A DNA stretch of 32,000 bases from an uncultured bacterium (lineage in GTDB: Bacteria; GCA-001730085). Location of the stretch: NCBI GenBank assembly GCA_964565945.1, contig CAZMGY010000021.1, forward strand, positions 194,054-226,053. The letters are read 5' to 3'. A program made the translations under genes and the position numbers. Within the stretch, counting starts at the first letter, position 1. Every line of letters starts with the position of its first letter. The notes below the pieces were generated by a model, which saw only the letters and a program-made list of their open reading frames with translations, was not told where the DNA came from and did no database searches. This document shows positions 1-8,486 of the stretch, in pieces.

Positions 1-1144
1 GAATGGTGAAGCTAAGCTTAGGGTAGATGTTTTGCAAAGCATACTGGAGCTCTTCAGTAATGGCGGGGATTTTTCCTTTGTAGCTAAATTTGAGAGACAC
101 GTTAAAAATAACTTTGCTGGGGGGGGCAAGTTTATCAATAATACGCAAAGCATAAAAGGTGTGGATACGTTGATCTTCGGCAATAAGAGTGTGGATAGTG
201 TCTGAGATGGCTTTATAAAAAGGATGATCGGGGTTGATGGGGTCGGTGTGCACAACCACTGTAGCATGAAGCACTTTTTGAATATCCTGTTCCACTTTTT
301 CGGAAATATTATGCGCTTCGATTAAGCTGAGTTTGTCGGAAATTTCAATATGAACAGACAATAAGCGATTATGGCCATATTTATGGTAAACGATATCGTG
401 AATATTAGAGATCTTCGGTTGGGCTAGGGTGATTTCGGAAACGGCTTGGAGTTCGTCTTTTGTGGGAGGGGCTCCGATAAGTGGATGGATTGCATGCTTC
501 GCTGCGCCAAAGGCTGTCCACATAATCCAGAGTGAAATGATAATACCCACGAGGCTGTCAAGGAAGTTTACATCAATTTCGGATGCGAGAAAAGCTAAGA
601 TGACTAACAAAGAGGACAGTGCGTCCGAACGATGATGATGCCCTTCGGCTTTGAGCGATGTGGACTGGGTGATTCTAGCTAGGCTAAAAGAAACTTGAGC
701 TAAGACTTCATTAATGAAAAGTGTAATGACGATGATGAGATAAACTAGGGGCGAAGGAGAAGCTATGTGATGAGAGGGGATGTCTTGGAGTGAGGATTTG
801 AGAATTTCATAACCGGCAACTAGTAAGAAGCCTGACATGATTAAGGTGGTGATGAATTCGATCTGTCCATGCCCAAAGGGATGTTCCTTGTCGGGAGGTT
901 TGCTTGAAGCTCTTAATCCAATCATGATAGCGATGGAGGAAAAAGAGTCCGAAAGAGAATGAAATGCATCTGCAATCAGCGCGTGGCTATGTAAAATTTG
1001 TCCAAAAGTCAGCTTTAAAACGAACATAATGATATTAGTGGTGATACTAAGGATGCCCTCACACAGGCCTGCGCGCGCGCGCTGTTCGGGGATGGTTCTG
1101 GAGCCATTCTGAGTGATCCATGTGTGGAGGATGCGTCTCACCAT
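1..1144 (-). CDS. Cation diffusion facilitator (CDF) family divalent-metal efflux transporter. Partial: the 3' end runs off the window start, with at least 381 codons open.
   Basis: Hand translation of the minus strand from the ATG at 1144 gives MVRRILHTW...LIADAFHSLSDSFSS (TM2 HxxxD), DKEHPFGHGQIEF, and AEGHHHRSDALSS (TM5 HxxxD). A cytoplasmic domain follows (IHDIVYHKYGHNRLLSVHIEIS). The frame stays open to base 1, which explains its absence from the complete-ORF track. Confidence 0.85.
   Translation of the reverse strand, partial: MVRRILHTWITQNGSRTIPEQRARAGLCEGILSITTNIIMFVLKLTFGQILHSHALIADAFHSLSDSFSSIAIMIGLRASSKPPDKEHPFGHGQIEFITTLIMSGFLLVAGYEILKSSLQDIPSHHIASPSPLVYLIIVITLFINEVLAQVSFSLARITQSTSLKAEGHHHRSDALSSLLVILAFLASEIDVNFLDSLVGIIISLWIMWTAFGAAKHAIHPLIGAPPTKDELQAVSEITLAQPKISNIHDIVYHKYGHNRLLSVHIEISDKLSLIEAHNISEKVEQDIQKVLHATVVVHTDPINPDHPFYKAISDTIHTLIAEDQRIHTFYALRIIDKLAPPSKVIFNVSLKFSYKGKIPAITEELQYALQNIYPKLSFTI
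119..126. repeat. Homopolymer G8 (C8 on the coding strand) inside the CDF C-terminal extension
   Basis: Read directly: ctgg gggggg caag. It encodes LAPPSK on the minus strand. Confidence 0.9.
1071..1082. repeat. (GC)6 dinucleotide tract near the 5' end of the CDF gene
   Basis: Read directly: ct gcgcgcgcgcgc tg. It encodes part of EQRARAG on the minus strand. Confidence 0.9.
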
Positions 1145-1333
1145 ACTCTTAGTGTAACACTCTCTCGCGGTGGTTTGTTTACTTAAATGAGAAAACTCTT
1201 AACAGAATAGGAAGTTTTGAGTATTGTTGACACCAAAAAAGGAGGCTTTTTGCATTTTTTTGTAACAATGTGCTATAGAAATAGTTTTACAGAGAGGAAG
1301 GGTTAACCTGAATCATAAGATAAGGAAAGAGTC

Positions 1334-2233
1334 ATGGAACCACTATGTTTTTCAAGAGATCATATCTCCAGTTTTGATGGCTTGATGACTGCTAATCAAA
1401 AAGTACTTCAAATTATCGATAAAGCTAAACAAGTAGCGGTATCAGATTTGCCAGTTCTGATAGTTGGAGAAAAAGGTACTGGTAAAATGAGTTTTGCTAC
1501 ATCCATCCATTCCCATAGCAGTTATAAGGAAGGTGCATTTCTTGTTCTGGAATCTAAAGATTTGGATGAAAACCTTTTGCAAGAGTCTATCAGTGATTGT
1601 GGTCAGGGTACTTGTGTGATTAAGGATGTTTCTTTGCTTAATTTGGCGAGTCAGAATGAATTGTTGATGTTATTATATCAGTCCATGCAAGACAGGGCGG
1701 TACGTTTTGTGGTTACCTCTGTGGTGCCCTTAGGTCACTTAGTCAAAACAGGACAATTTTTGAAAAATTTGTTTATTTTGCTTAGCCAAGTAACCTTGGA
1801 GTTGCCTTCTTTGCATAAACGTCGTGATGATATTGCGTTGTTGATTCAATATTTCATTGGTGAATACAACGCCGAATTCAATCGACAAGTTGAGTGTGTG
1901 TCTAATGTGGCGTTGAGTTATTTGATTGGGTATGCCTGGCCGGGAAATGTTGAAGAATTAAGGAGTGTTGTGAAAAAGGCGGTGGCTTTATCGGAACGGA
2001 ATATTTTATGGTTGGAAGATATTTCCTTAAAAATTACCTTAACCAACGAGGCCATGCTTAAAGGTGATGCGTCATCTCATTTGTCTCTTAAGTACCTGGA
2101 GAAAGAGCATATCGAAAAAGTATTACAAATTTTTCGTTGGAATAAATCCAAGGCAGCTAAGGCGCTTAAAATATCGAGACCACGTCTCGATCGTAAAATT
2201 CAAGAGTACCAGCTCAAAAAAGATTTGTCTTAA
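1334..2233 (+). CDS. Degenerate bacterial enhancer-binding-protein-like regulator: an NtrC-type AAA+ core plus a Fis-type HTH, with no sensor domain, no GAFTGA loop and no Walker B
   Basis: Walker A is VLIVGEKGTGK. bEBP signature blocks are present: LPSLHKRRDDIALLIQYF and YAWPGNVEELRSVV. The C-terminal HTH reads NKSKAAKALKISRPRLDRKIQEY. Where ESELFGHEKGAFTGA...GGTLFLDEI is expected, the protein has only LLQESISDCGQGTCVIKDV. Confidence 0.75.
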   Translation: MEPLCFSRDHISSFDGLMTANQKVLQIIDKAKQVAVSDLPVLIVGEKGTGKMSFATSIHSHSSYKEGAFLVLESKDLDENLLQESISDCGQGTCVIKDVSLLNLASQNELLMLLYQSMQDRAVRFVVTSVVPLGHLVKTGQFLKNLFILLSQVTLELPSLHKRRDDIALLIQYFIGEYNAEFNRQVECVSNVALSYLIGYAWPGNVEELRSVVKKAVALSERNILWLEDISLKITLTNEAMLKGDASSHLSLKYLEKEHIEKVLQIFRWNKSKAAKALKISRPRLDRKIQEYQLKKDLS

Positions 2234-3355
2234 ACCAAGGTGTGTTTGGTAAGAATCGTTTGATAGCAGTGTTCGGTTGCTAAAGCCTGTTTTCCTAAGT
2301 TAAAATGATTTTCTACAAGAGAGCGAGTTATGTATCCCATCGTCGCTCTTTGAGAAGGACTTGTGTTGACCATCTTATGTATGGCGCGCAATAAGGATTT
2401 GCTGTTCAAGTCAAAGGTAAAACCATTCGCTTGTTCGGGGACATACTCGGGCAAAATTCCTTGATTGGCAACCAAGAGAGGCTTGCCCAAGGACATGGCT
2501 TCGAGTACTGCTCGACAGGAGCCGTCGAAGCCATGAACAAGGAGCAGCTTGATGTCGATTAAATTCAAAACTTAGGTATAGTCTTTGTCTCGGTAACCTA
2601 CTAGGTGGACCTTGGAGGCTAAGCCTAAGGTGTCAATCCAGTGCAGGATTTCCTGACGATGACAACCTCCTCGTCCTATCAAGACCAGTTGGACATCTGG
2701 TATGGAATCACTCAGTTTCTTAAAAGCTTCGAAAAGAAGGAAAGACTCTCGAGGACGTTGGAATCGTGCCACAACCCCGAAGGTCAGGTATGAGGGATGA
2801 AGCTGGAGTTCTTCGCGTTTAGAGATTTGTTTAGGGTGAGGTTTTAGGCTGGAGGTATTAGGAAGTGCTTGGAGTTAGGGGTTTTGGGAGTTGTGGTCGA
2901 AAAGTGTTTGAGAGTTATCGATCTAGGCGGATAGTTTACGAATGGCCCAACGGTGAAACGCATGGTTGTGTAAACGGTGGCTAAGGTGGTTGCTATAGAC
3001 AAGTTTGTGGATGTGTTCTGAAGATCCAAGAGAAGTGTGCCTATCACAAAGTTGTGGGAAAGGTGCATATGAACAATATCAAAAGCATGGCGTTGAACAA
3101 AGTTGGCGAGATCTTGGATATCGTGCCATTGATCTTTTAGGTTGCGTATGGACCAATATTTATTGAGTTTAAGTTCCGATGAGACGGAGACTTGTATGCA
3201 GCTTTATGAATCAGGAGGGGCTTAGGGTGATTGTGTGGCCATCGACAAGCAAATATTGTTTGATGACCACGTAAATCCAGGTTTTGGCAAATTTGCAAGA
3301 CGGAGTCTGCGGGATCTGTCTATTTCCAATCGCTGTAAAGATGGAGGATCTTCAT
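2230..3355 (-). pseudogene. Family 4 (GT-B fold, GT1/GT4-type) glycosyltransferase pseudogene
   Basis: The minus strand from the ATG at 3355 reads MKILHLYSDWK then TAG (3320-3322), then TDPADSVLQICQNLDLRGHQTIFAC. Homology then jumps frame to LNKYWSIRNLKDQWHDIQDLANFVQRHAFDIVHMHLSHNFVIG. It jumps frame again near 2850-2880 to KREELQLHPSYLTFGVVARFQRPRESF...VQLVLIGRGG...VGYRDKDYT. An in-frame TAA follows (2572-2574), then ...DGSCRAVLEAMSLGKPLLVANQGILPEYV. The ORF-track pieces 2230-2568, 2572-2772 and 2844-3068 are fragments of this one gene. Confidence 0.8.
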
Positions 3356-3360
3356 AAAGT

Positions 3361-6300
3361 TTAAGACTCCATATAAATATCGATACGGTTAGTTTTTGTC
3401 GTCAATGCTTTGTTAAGAAGGGGTTGACTGATACGTAATCCACCCATACGATAGGGATTATTTTCTCTTTGAGTTTCGATATTTTGTTTATTAACAAGCA
3501 CGCGTTGCAAACCACAGGCGTTCGCTTGAATATGAAAGTAGAAATCAACATCGTGCGATCCAATTCGACGGCTTAATTTAACATCGTTGAGTTCTACTGG
3601 TAATACTGGATCAAGTACCAGGTCGTCAAAAGAAGGACGAATACCAAAAAAGTGTGAAATTACTTGATTATTAAAGATTCCAGGACCGCTTGAGTAAATG
3701 CGCCAGCCACCTTTAACTTGGGTTGCACCTGTTTTGAGTTTATGAAAGCCTTTTTTAGCCAAATAGCGATCTTTAAAGTTTCCATCTGAACTACTAAAGT
3801 AAGAGTTGCTTTGCCTTAAGATGGCATTAGGAACACTTTTGTTGATGGTGATAGGAATGATTTTGAGAATAGCTTTGTAGGCCTTATCGGACGCTCCAAT
3901 TTTACACATGGCTTCGATATAGCGGATGTGTGCATGCACATACTGAATACCAATTTCGCGACCCCAATTGGCTGCTTCATCGGCACGACGGAAATACAAG
4001 CGCGGCCCACCTTTGTAAGTCACCGGTTCATTCATAAGGTGGACACCATCAGGGAAATCAAGGTGATCTTCGATGATTTTGAGGTGATCTTTCATTTGAG
4101 CTGGCTCAAAAAGCTCGGCAATCATACTGCGTGTCATAGGAAGGAGGCGATATTTGAGCCCCAACTTTTTATCGGATGGATGAAGCATATAGTCGATTGA
4201 TGAGTTTTCTCTAAAGTAGATAAATCCACTCACCACACCATCTTTGATAAGGTATTGGTTAAAGTCTTTCTTGATGTTGCTTCGTAGTTTGTTCAAACGA
4301 TCGGCAAAGGCCTTCTCGCTGGTTTTGGCGACCACTTGCTCGAGCTGTCCGAATGATTGATAGGTTAGAGCAACACTCCAAGTGCTGACCATATTCGAGC
4401 ACATACTTTCGTCGGCTGGTTGGAGCGTATCATCCCAATCGCCTTCTCCATAACAAGAGAGGTGTGTATTGGGGATAAATTTGGCCACAATGGCCTCAAC
4501 GGTGCGTTTGGCATGATCTAAGATGCTAACGGGCTCTCTGGTCAATTCAAACGTGTTGTGGTCCATAAAGGGGACTTTTTCTTTAAGAAAGCTAAAGTCG
4601 TTACTAGCTTCAATGTAGCTGGCAAGAGCCCTCAAAGGCCAAATGATAATGTCGCCATGACTTTCGGCATGTTGAATTTTGACATAGCGATCAAACATGA
4701 ACCACTGAGGCCAGTCGGCTGTTGCAACATACTGTTGTTGAAAAACCATTTTAAGAATTTCTTTAACTGGCTTGGTGTGTCCCATTGATAGCAAAAGCTC
4801 GAGAGGGCCTTGGCACACATCTCGCAATCCCCAAGCTCCACCACTAAATTGTTCGAGTCCATGAGGTGTTGAGTAGTGAATCATCCCATTATGAAGATAC
4901 CAAAAAACAATATCATTGATCTTAGATACATTTTCGTTATCAGCTAACTCAATAGAAAAGTTTTGCCCTAAGGTTTGTGTCCAAAAAGACATGTTGTCTA
5001 TATGATCTTGATCGAAATACGGTTGTGTTTTGGCCGAAGCTTGGGAACGTTTTTTTGCTTTTGCGGGATCAAATAGGTCGCCAGTTATGCTAAGGCTAAA
5101 GTTTTGTGTGGCTTTGGTTTTAAATACAACATAAGGCCAGCTTTGAGATTGACCGTCCAGATTAATGAATGCATCGTCGCCAATTGATTCGATTTGATCG
5201 GGTGTGGCCGATGTTACATAGAAGCTTGCGTCTGGATAAGTGTTTTTGAGCAAGCAGTCCGAACTGCATCTTGCTTGAACGGTAAAGGTTTCTGGATCAA
5301 TGTCGACGTCAATGGTATTATCCCACTCATTGTTGCCCACGGTTAAGTTATTGGAAACTAAAAACGTATGATTTTTGTTGGATTGAACCTCCAAATGACA
5401 GATTGGTTCCTTGGGGGAAACCCATGCTTTGATGGTGATTACATCGTTGGCAAGTTTATAAATCCATCGTGTAAAGTCTGGAGCGACTTCGTAAGCAGAG
5501 GGCAGGTTTAGCAGCTGCCATTGGCCGTTGCGCTCGATAAAAATACGTTGACCACTTGATTTGAAAATATTGAGTGGAGAACGTGTGATTGATAGAAATT
5601 TATTGAAGGACGTGTTTCCTATGGTTACGTGGGAGTGAAATATGCCATACATATAATTGGTGCTGCTAAGTACTTGATCATTGCCAGGGTTAAGATCTTG
5701 ACCACTGCGGATGATATGTCCATGAGGACGTTCGCATAAAAGTTCTTTGCTCTTAAGCGAAACATAGTGATGCTGATCATAAAAGAAAGACAGGAGTCGG
5801 TTGTTGTTTTGTTCGCAGTGACGGTGTTCCCCTGGAAAAAAAGAGACTAAATCCTGATCGTTAAGATTTTCTCCGTTGATTAAGCTAGGGCTGTTAAATA
5901 AAGAAAAAGATAACGGAGCTTGTTTTTCGCCATCAATAGCCACAAGACGTTGCTGTGCTGCGAGGCACGCTTCTTGGATGGCTTGTGCGTCATTGTCACT
6001 GGTTGCTTCGGGATGATCAAATTCCAGGTGTGCAAAAAAGTTAAATGAGGAGGAGTCTTTGCTTTTGAGTGTCATAGCTTCGGTTTGAAGGCCGATAAAG
6101 GCAAACTCGTATTGTCTTTTTTCGCTGATAAGCTTCTCTTGGGTGAGTGCTTCGGGAACGCCAGTTTCTTTGTAAGATAAGCCATAAAAGTCAAATCCAT
6201 CGGTAACATAGCCCACGGTTTTTTGTAGGCATCCTTGAATGAGCCATGGATGACCTTGAGGAGGTGTTTTTTGATTTTGACGTGATGCAACAGTGTAGCC

Positions 6301-6840
6301 TTGAGCATTAGAAAAAATGTAATGATCAATGTATTGACAGCAGTAAGCTTCGTTAACTCGAACGGATCCCTCGGCGATAATGGCAATATCTTGACCATAA
6401 ATCATATCAATCTCTTGGTCGGCAGAAGCTGTATTGGTGAGGTTAACGTTCCAATTCCATGCATTGTGTGTTTCGTCTAGCACCAGTTGGCATTGGTAAG
6501 AAATACCTTCGAATTCACCCGTCCAACAGGCTTGATTATTGGTTGTTGATAGGGAGGTTTGAACGGTGGGACCAAGCAAGGGTGCAAAAGCATAACGGTT
6601 ATCTTGTTTGACACGTATGTAGATGTTATTAATGTTGCCATCAATGGGAGTACCGATCACCTGGTTAATCATAATGTCGGCTGCCGAAAGCTGAAAAGCT
6701 CCGCCGTGGTTGAAATATTTGAATGATAATTGTTGGTTATTTGTGACTTCAATAATGTCAAGTTGACTTCGATCTTTAAACGTAACCATTACAGAACAAA
6801 CCCTTATTTTTCCTAAAATTACATCTTTGACAAGGATCAT
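3361..6840 (-). CDS. Large GH94-like glycoside phosphorylase of the (alpha/alpha)6-barrel, cellobiose/chitobiose/beta-glucan phosphorylase type; specificity unknown
   Basis: 1159-aa ORF. The N-terminal beta-sandwich pattern is AWNWNVNLTNTASADQEIDMIYGQD. Catalytic-domain motifs are GGAWGLRDVCQGPLE, HGDIIIWPL, CYGEGDWDDTLQPA (acid-motif analogue of GDWND, about 4421-4460), VSTWSVALTYQ and GGWRIYSSGPGIF. The true start may be the ATG at 6789 (MVTFKDR), which is preceded by AAGGG. The ATG at 6840 has no visible RBS. Confidence 0.6.
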   Translation of the reverse strand: MILVKDVILGKIRVCSVMVTFKDRSQLDIIEVTNNQQLSFKYFNHGGAFQLSAADIMINQVIGTPIDGNINNIYIRVKQDNRYAFAPLLGPTVQTSLSTTNNQACWTGEFEGISYQCQLVLDETHNAWNWNVNLTNTASADQEIDMIYGQDIAIIAEGSVRVNEAYCCQYIDHYIFSNAQGYTVASRQNQKTPPQGHPWLIQGCLQKTVGYVTDGFDFYGLSYKETGVPEALTQEKLISEKRQYEFAFIGLQTEAMTLKSKDSSSFNFFAHLEFDHPEATSDNDAQAIQEACLAAQQRLVAIDGEKQAPLSFSLFNSPSLINGENLNDQDLVSFFPGEHRHCEQNNNRLLSFFYDQHHYVSLKSKELLCERPHGHIIRSGQDLNPGNDQVLSSTNYMYGIFHSHVTIGNTSFNKFLSITRSPLNIFKSSGQRIFIERNGQWQLLNLPSAYEVAPDFTRWIYKLANDVITIKAWVSPKEPICHLEVQSNKNHTFLVSNNLTVGNNEWDNTIDVDIDPETFTVQARCSSDCLLKNTYPDASFYVTSATPDQIESIGDDAFINLDGQSQSWPYVVFKTKATQNFSLSITGDLFDPAKAKKRSQASAKTQPYFDQDHIDNMSFWTQTLGQNFSIELADNENVSKINDIVFWYLHNGMIHYSTPHGLEQFSGGAWGLRDVCQGPLELLLSMGHTKPVKEILKMVFQQQYVATADWPQWFMFDRYVKIQHAESHGDIIIWPLRALASYIEASNDFSFLKEKVPFMDHNTFELTREPVSILDHAKRTVEAIVAKFIPNTHLSCYGEGDWDDTLQPADESMCSNMVSTWSVALTYQSFGQLEQVVAKTSEKAFADRLNKLRSNIKKDFNQYLIKDGVVSGFIYFRENSSIDYMLHPSDKKLGLKYRLLPMTRSMIAELFEPAQMKDHLKIIEDHLDFPDGVHLMNEPVTYKGGPRLYFRRADEAANWGREIGIQYVHAHIRYIEAMCKIGASDKAYKAILKIIPITINKSVPNAILRQSNSYFSSSDGNFKDRYLAKKGFHKLKTGATQVKGGWRIYSSGPGIFNNQVISHFFGIRPSFDDLVLDPVLPVELNDVKLSRRIGSHDVDFYFHIQANACGLQRVLVNKQNIETQRENNPYRMGGLRISQPLLNKALTTKTNRIDIYMES

Positions 6841-6859
6841 TTTAACAAATATTTCATGC

Positions 6860-6888
6860 TTGGCAAAGTGCTTTTTGTTGGTTATGAT
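6860..6888 (+). promoter_or_regulatory. Candidate sigma70-type promoter for murJ
   Basis: TTGGCA (6860-6865), a 17-nt spacer, then TATGAT (6883-6888). It lies about 27 nt upstream of the murJ ATG, and a GGAGAGGGAG RBS follows. Confidence 0.35.
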
Positions 6889-6914
6889 CCTTTACGGAGA
6901 GGGAGTAATTGAAG

Positions 6915-8486
6915 ATGCAAGAGCAGAAAAATATTTTGAAATCGGCAGGAATTGTTAGTGCGGCCACTGCACTGAGCCGTGTTTTGGGACTTGCCCGCGA
7001 TGTGATTACGGCTAACTTTTTTGGAACGAGCTTTGTGTACGATGCTTTTGTGGTGGCTTTTATGATTCCTAACTTCTTGAGAAGTTTTTTGGGAGAAGGT
7101 GTTCTTAATGCTGCTTTTATACCAGTTATTTCTTCTTATTTAGCTAATGATAAGAGCAAAGAAGCGTTCTATGTGGCCAATATTGTGGTCAGTGTGGTAG
7201 GGAGTTTTTTGGCCCTGCTGGCGCTGGGACTCATCGTTGGGGCGGAAATAATGTTAGGTTGGGTGGATGTTTCAGAGAAGTTAGCTCTAACTCTCCGTTT
7301 ATTGCAGTGGATGTCTCCTTATATGATTTTTATTTGTGTGGCGGCGTTGATGATGGGAATTCTTAATGCGCATAAACATTTTTTGGTACCAGCCTTAGCC
7401 CCTGTGATTTTGAATGTTTGCTGGATTATTGCATTATTCGTTTGTTGTCCTTTATTCGGTGACTCTTTGGAGCAGCGCATTTTTGGTTTGGCTTTGGGTG
7501 TGTTATGTGCGGGCCTACTGCAGTTGGCGGTACATATTCCTATGGCACGATCTTTGGGCTTTCGTATCACAAGATTGTCTTGGAATGTTCAGTATCCCGC
7601 GGTGAATAGGATTTGTCGTCTGATGATTCCTGTTATGATTGCCTTTACCGTGAATCAGATCAATGTGATTGTCGATATTATATTGGCCCATATGTTGGGC
7701 GAAGGGATGCAGTCGGCCCTATGGTACTCGCAACGGATCATTTATTTCCCTTTAGGAGTTTTTGGGGTTGCCATGTCGGTGGCGATTATGCCTACGTTAT
7801 CCTTGTTTGTAGCTCAACAAAAAAGGGACCTTATGAAAGACTCCTTGGTTTATGGTCTCAAAGTCGTTGTGATGATGGTGCTCCCTTGCGCGGTGGCAAT
7901 TTTGGTTTTGCATCGCGAAATGATCAGTCTTTTTTATGAAAGAGGGTCTTTTGGGACATTATCGGTGCAGCATACGTCCTTGGCGCTGGTTTGTTATGGC
8001 GTGGGACTCGTGGCTTTTGCGGGCAATAAGCTTTTGGTTCCAGCCTACTATGCGTTACAGGATACTCGTACGCCAGTGCGCATAGGATGTTACTGTGTTG
8101 GGCTTAATCTTGTGTTGAACCTTGTACTGATGGGGCCTCTTAAGCAGGGCGGTTTAGCTTTGGCCACGTCGCTAACTGCTTTTGTGAATATGGCTTTGTT
8201 ATTTATGGGGCTAAAGGCTAATTTAGGTGCCTGGACAGGAACACGACTGGGTCTATGTGTGATCAAAACCATGTGTGTGGGACTGGCGTATGCTGGGGTC
8301 AGTTATGGCGTCGTCTTATGGGTCGGCCATTGGCCATTAGAAGGGGTGGTTCACAAAATTGCTTTGGTGTTTATTCCTTTAATGGCTGGTTTTGGGGTGG
8401 CAGGGGCTTTATATTATGTCTGGGATATGAAAGAGTTATTTTTGTTATTTCAGCGTTCTTCGAAAACAGGTAAGGAGGTGTCGTGA
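6915..8486 (+). CDS. murJ: Lipid II flippase MurJ (MviN)
   Basis: The N-terminus has the MurJ hallmark: KSAGIVSAATALSRVLGLARDVITANFFGTSFVYDAFVVAFMIPNFLRSFLGEGVLNAAFIPV. The protein is polytopic and about 520 aa. The ATG at 6915 follows the RBS GGAGAGGGAG. The ORF track starts at a TTG at 6909. Confidence 0.9.
   Translation: MQEQKNILKSAGIVSAATALSRVLGLARDVITANFFGTSFVYDAFVVAFMIPNFLRSFLGEGVLNAAFIPVISSYLANDKSKEAFYVANIVVSVVGSFLALLALGLIVGAEIMLGWVDVSEKLALTLRLLQWMSPYMIFICVAALMMGILNAHKHFLVPALAPVILNVCWIIALFVCCPLFGDSLEQRIFGLALGVLCAGLLQLAVHIPMARSLGFRITRLSWNVQYPAVNRICRLMIPVMIAFTVNQINVIVDIILAHMLGEGMQSALWYSQRIIYFPLGVFGVAMSVAIMPTLSLFVAQQKRDLMKDSLVYGLKVVVMMVLPCAVAILVLHREMISLFYERGSFGTLSVQHTSLALVCYGVGLVAFAGNKLLVPAYYALQDTRTPVRIGCYCVGLNLVLNLVLMGPLKQGGLALATSLTAFVNMALLFMGLKANLGAWTGTRLGLCVIKTMCVGLAYAGVSYGVVLWVGHWPLEGVVHKIALVFIPLMAGFGVAGALYYVWDMKELFLLFQRSSKTGKEVS

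Noticed and set aside
429-635. 68-aa plus-strand ORF from the track
   Set aside because: It lies entirely antisense to the CDF transporter frame, which has unmistakable family motifs. It has no RBS and no recognisable motif.
1241-1255. Possible sigma54 (-24/-12) promoter upstream of the bEBP-like gene (GGAGGCTTTTTGCAT), and a similar TGGCA-containing stretch at 6861-6877
   Set aside because: The GG-to-GC spacing is 11 and 8 nt respectively, not the required 12 nt. Neither matches TGGCAC-N5-TTGCW.
2844-3068. 74-aa ORF (and 2572-2772, 2230-2568) as independent small genes
   Set aside because: They are consecutive fragments of a single GT4 glycosyltransferase homology trace, so they are annotated together as one pseudogene.
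3816-6398. Several 60-108-aa ORFs on both strands inside 3361-6840
   Set aside because: They are nested within or antisense to the 1159-aa GH94-like ORF and have no motifs. They are typical shadow ORFs.
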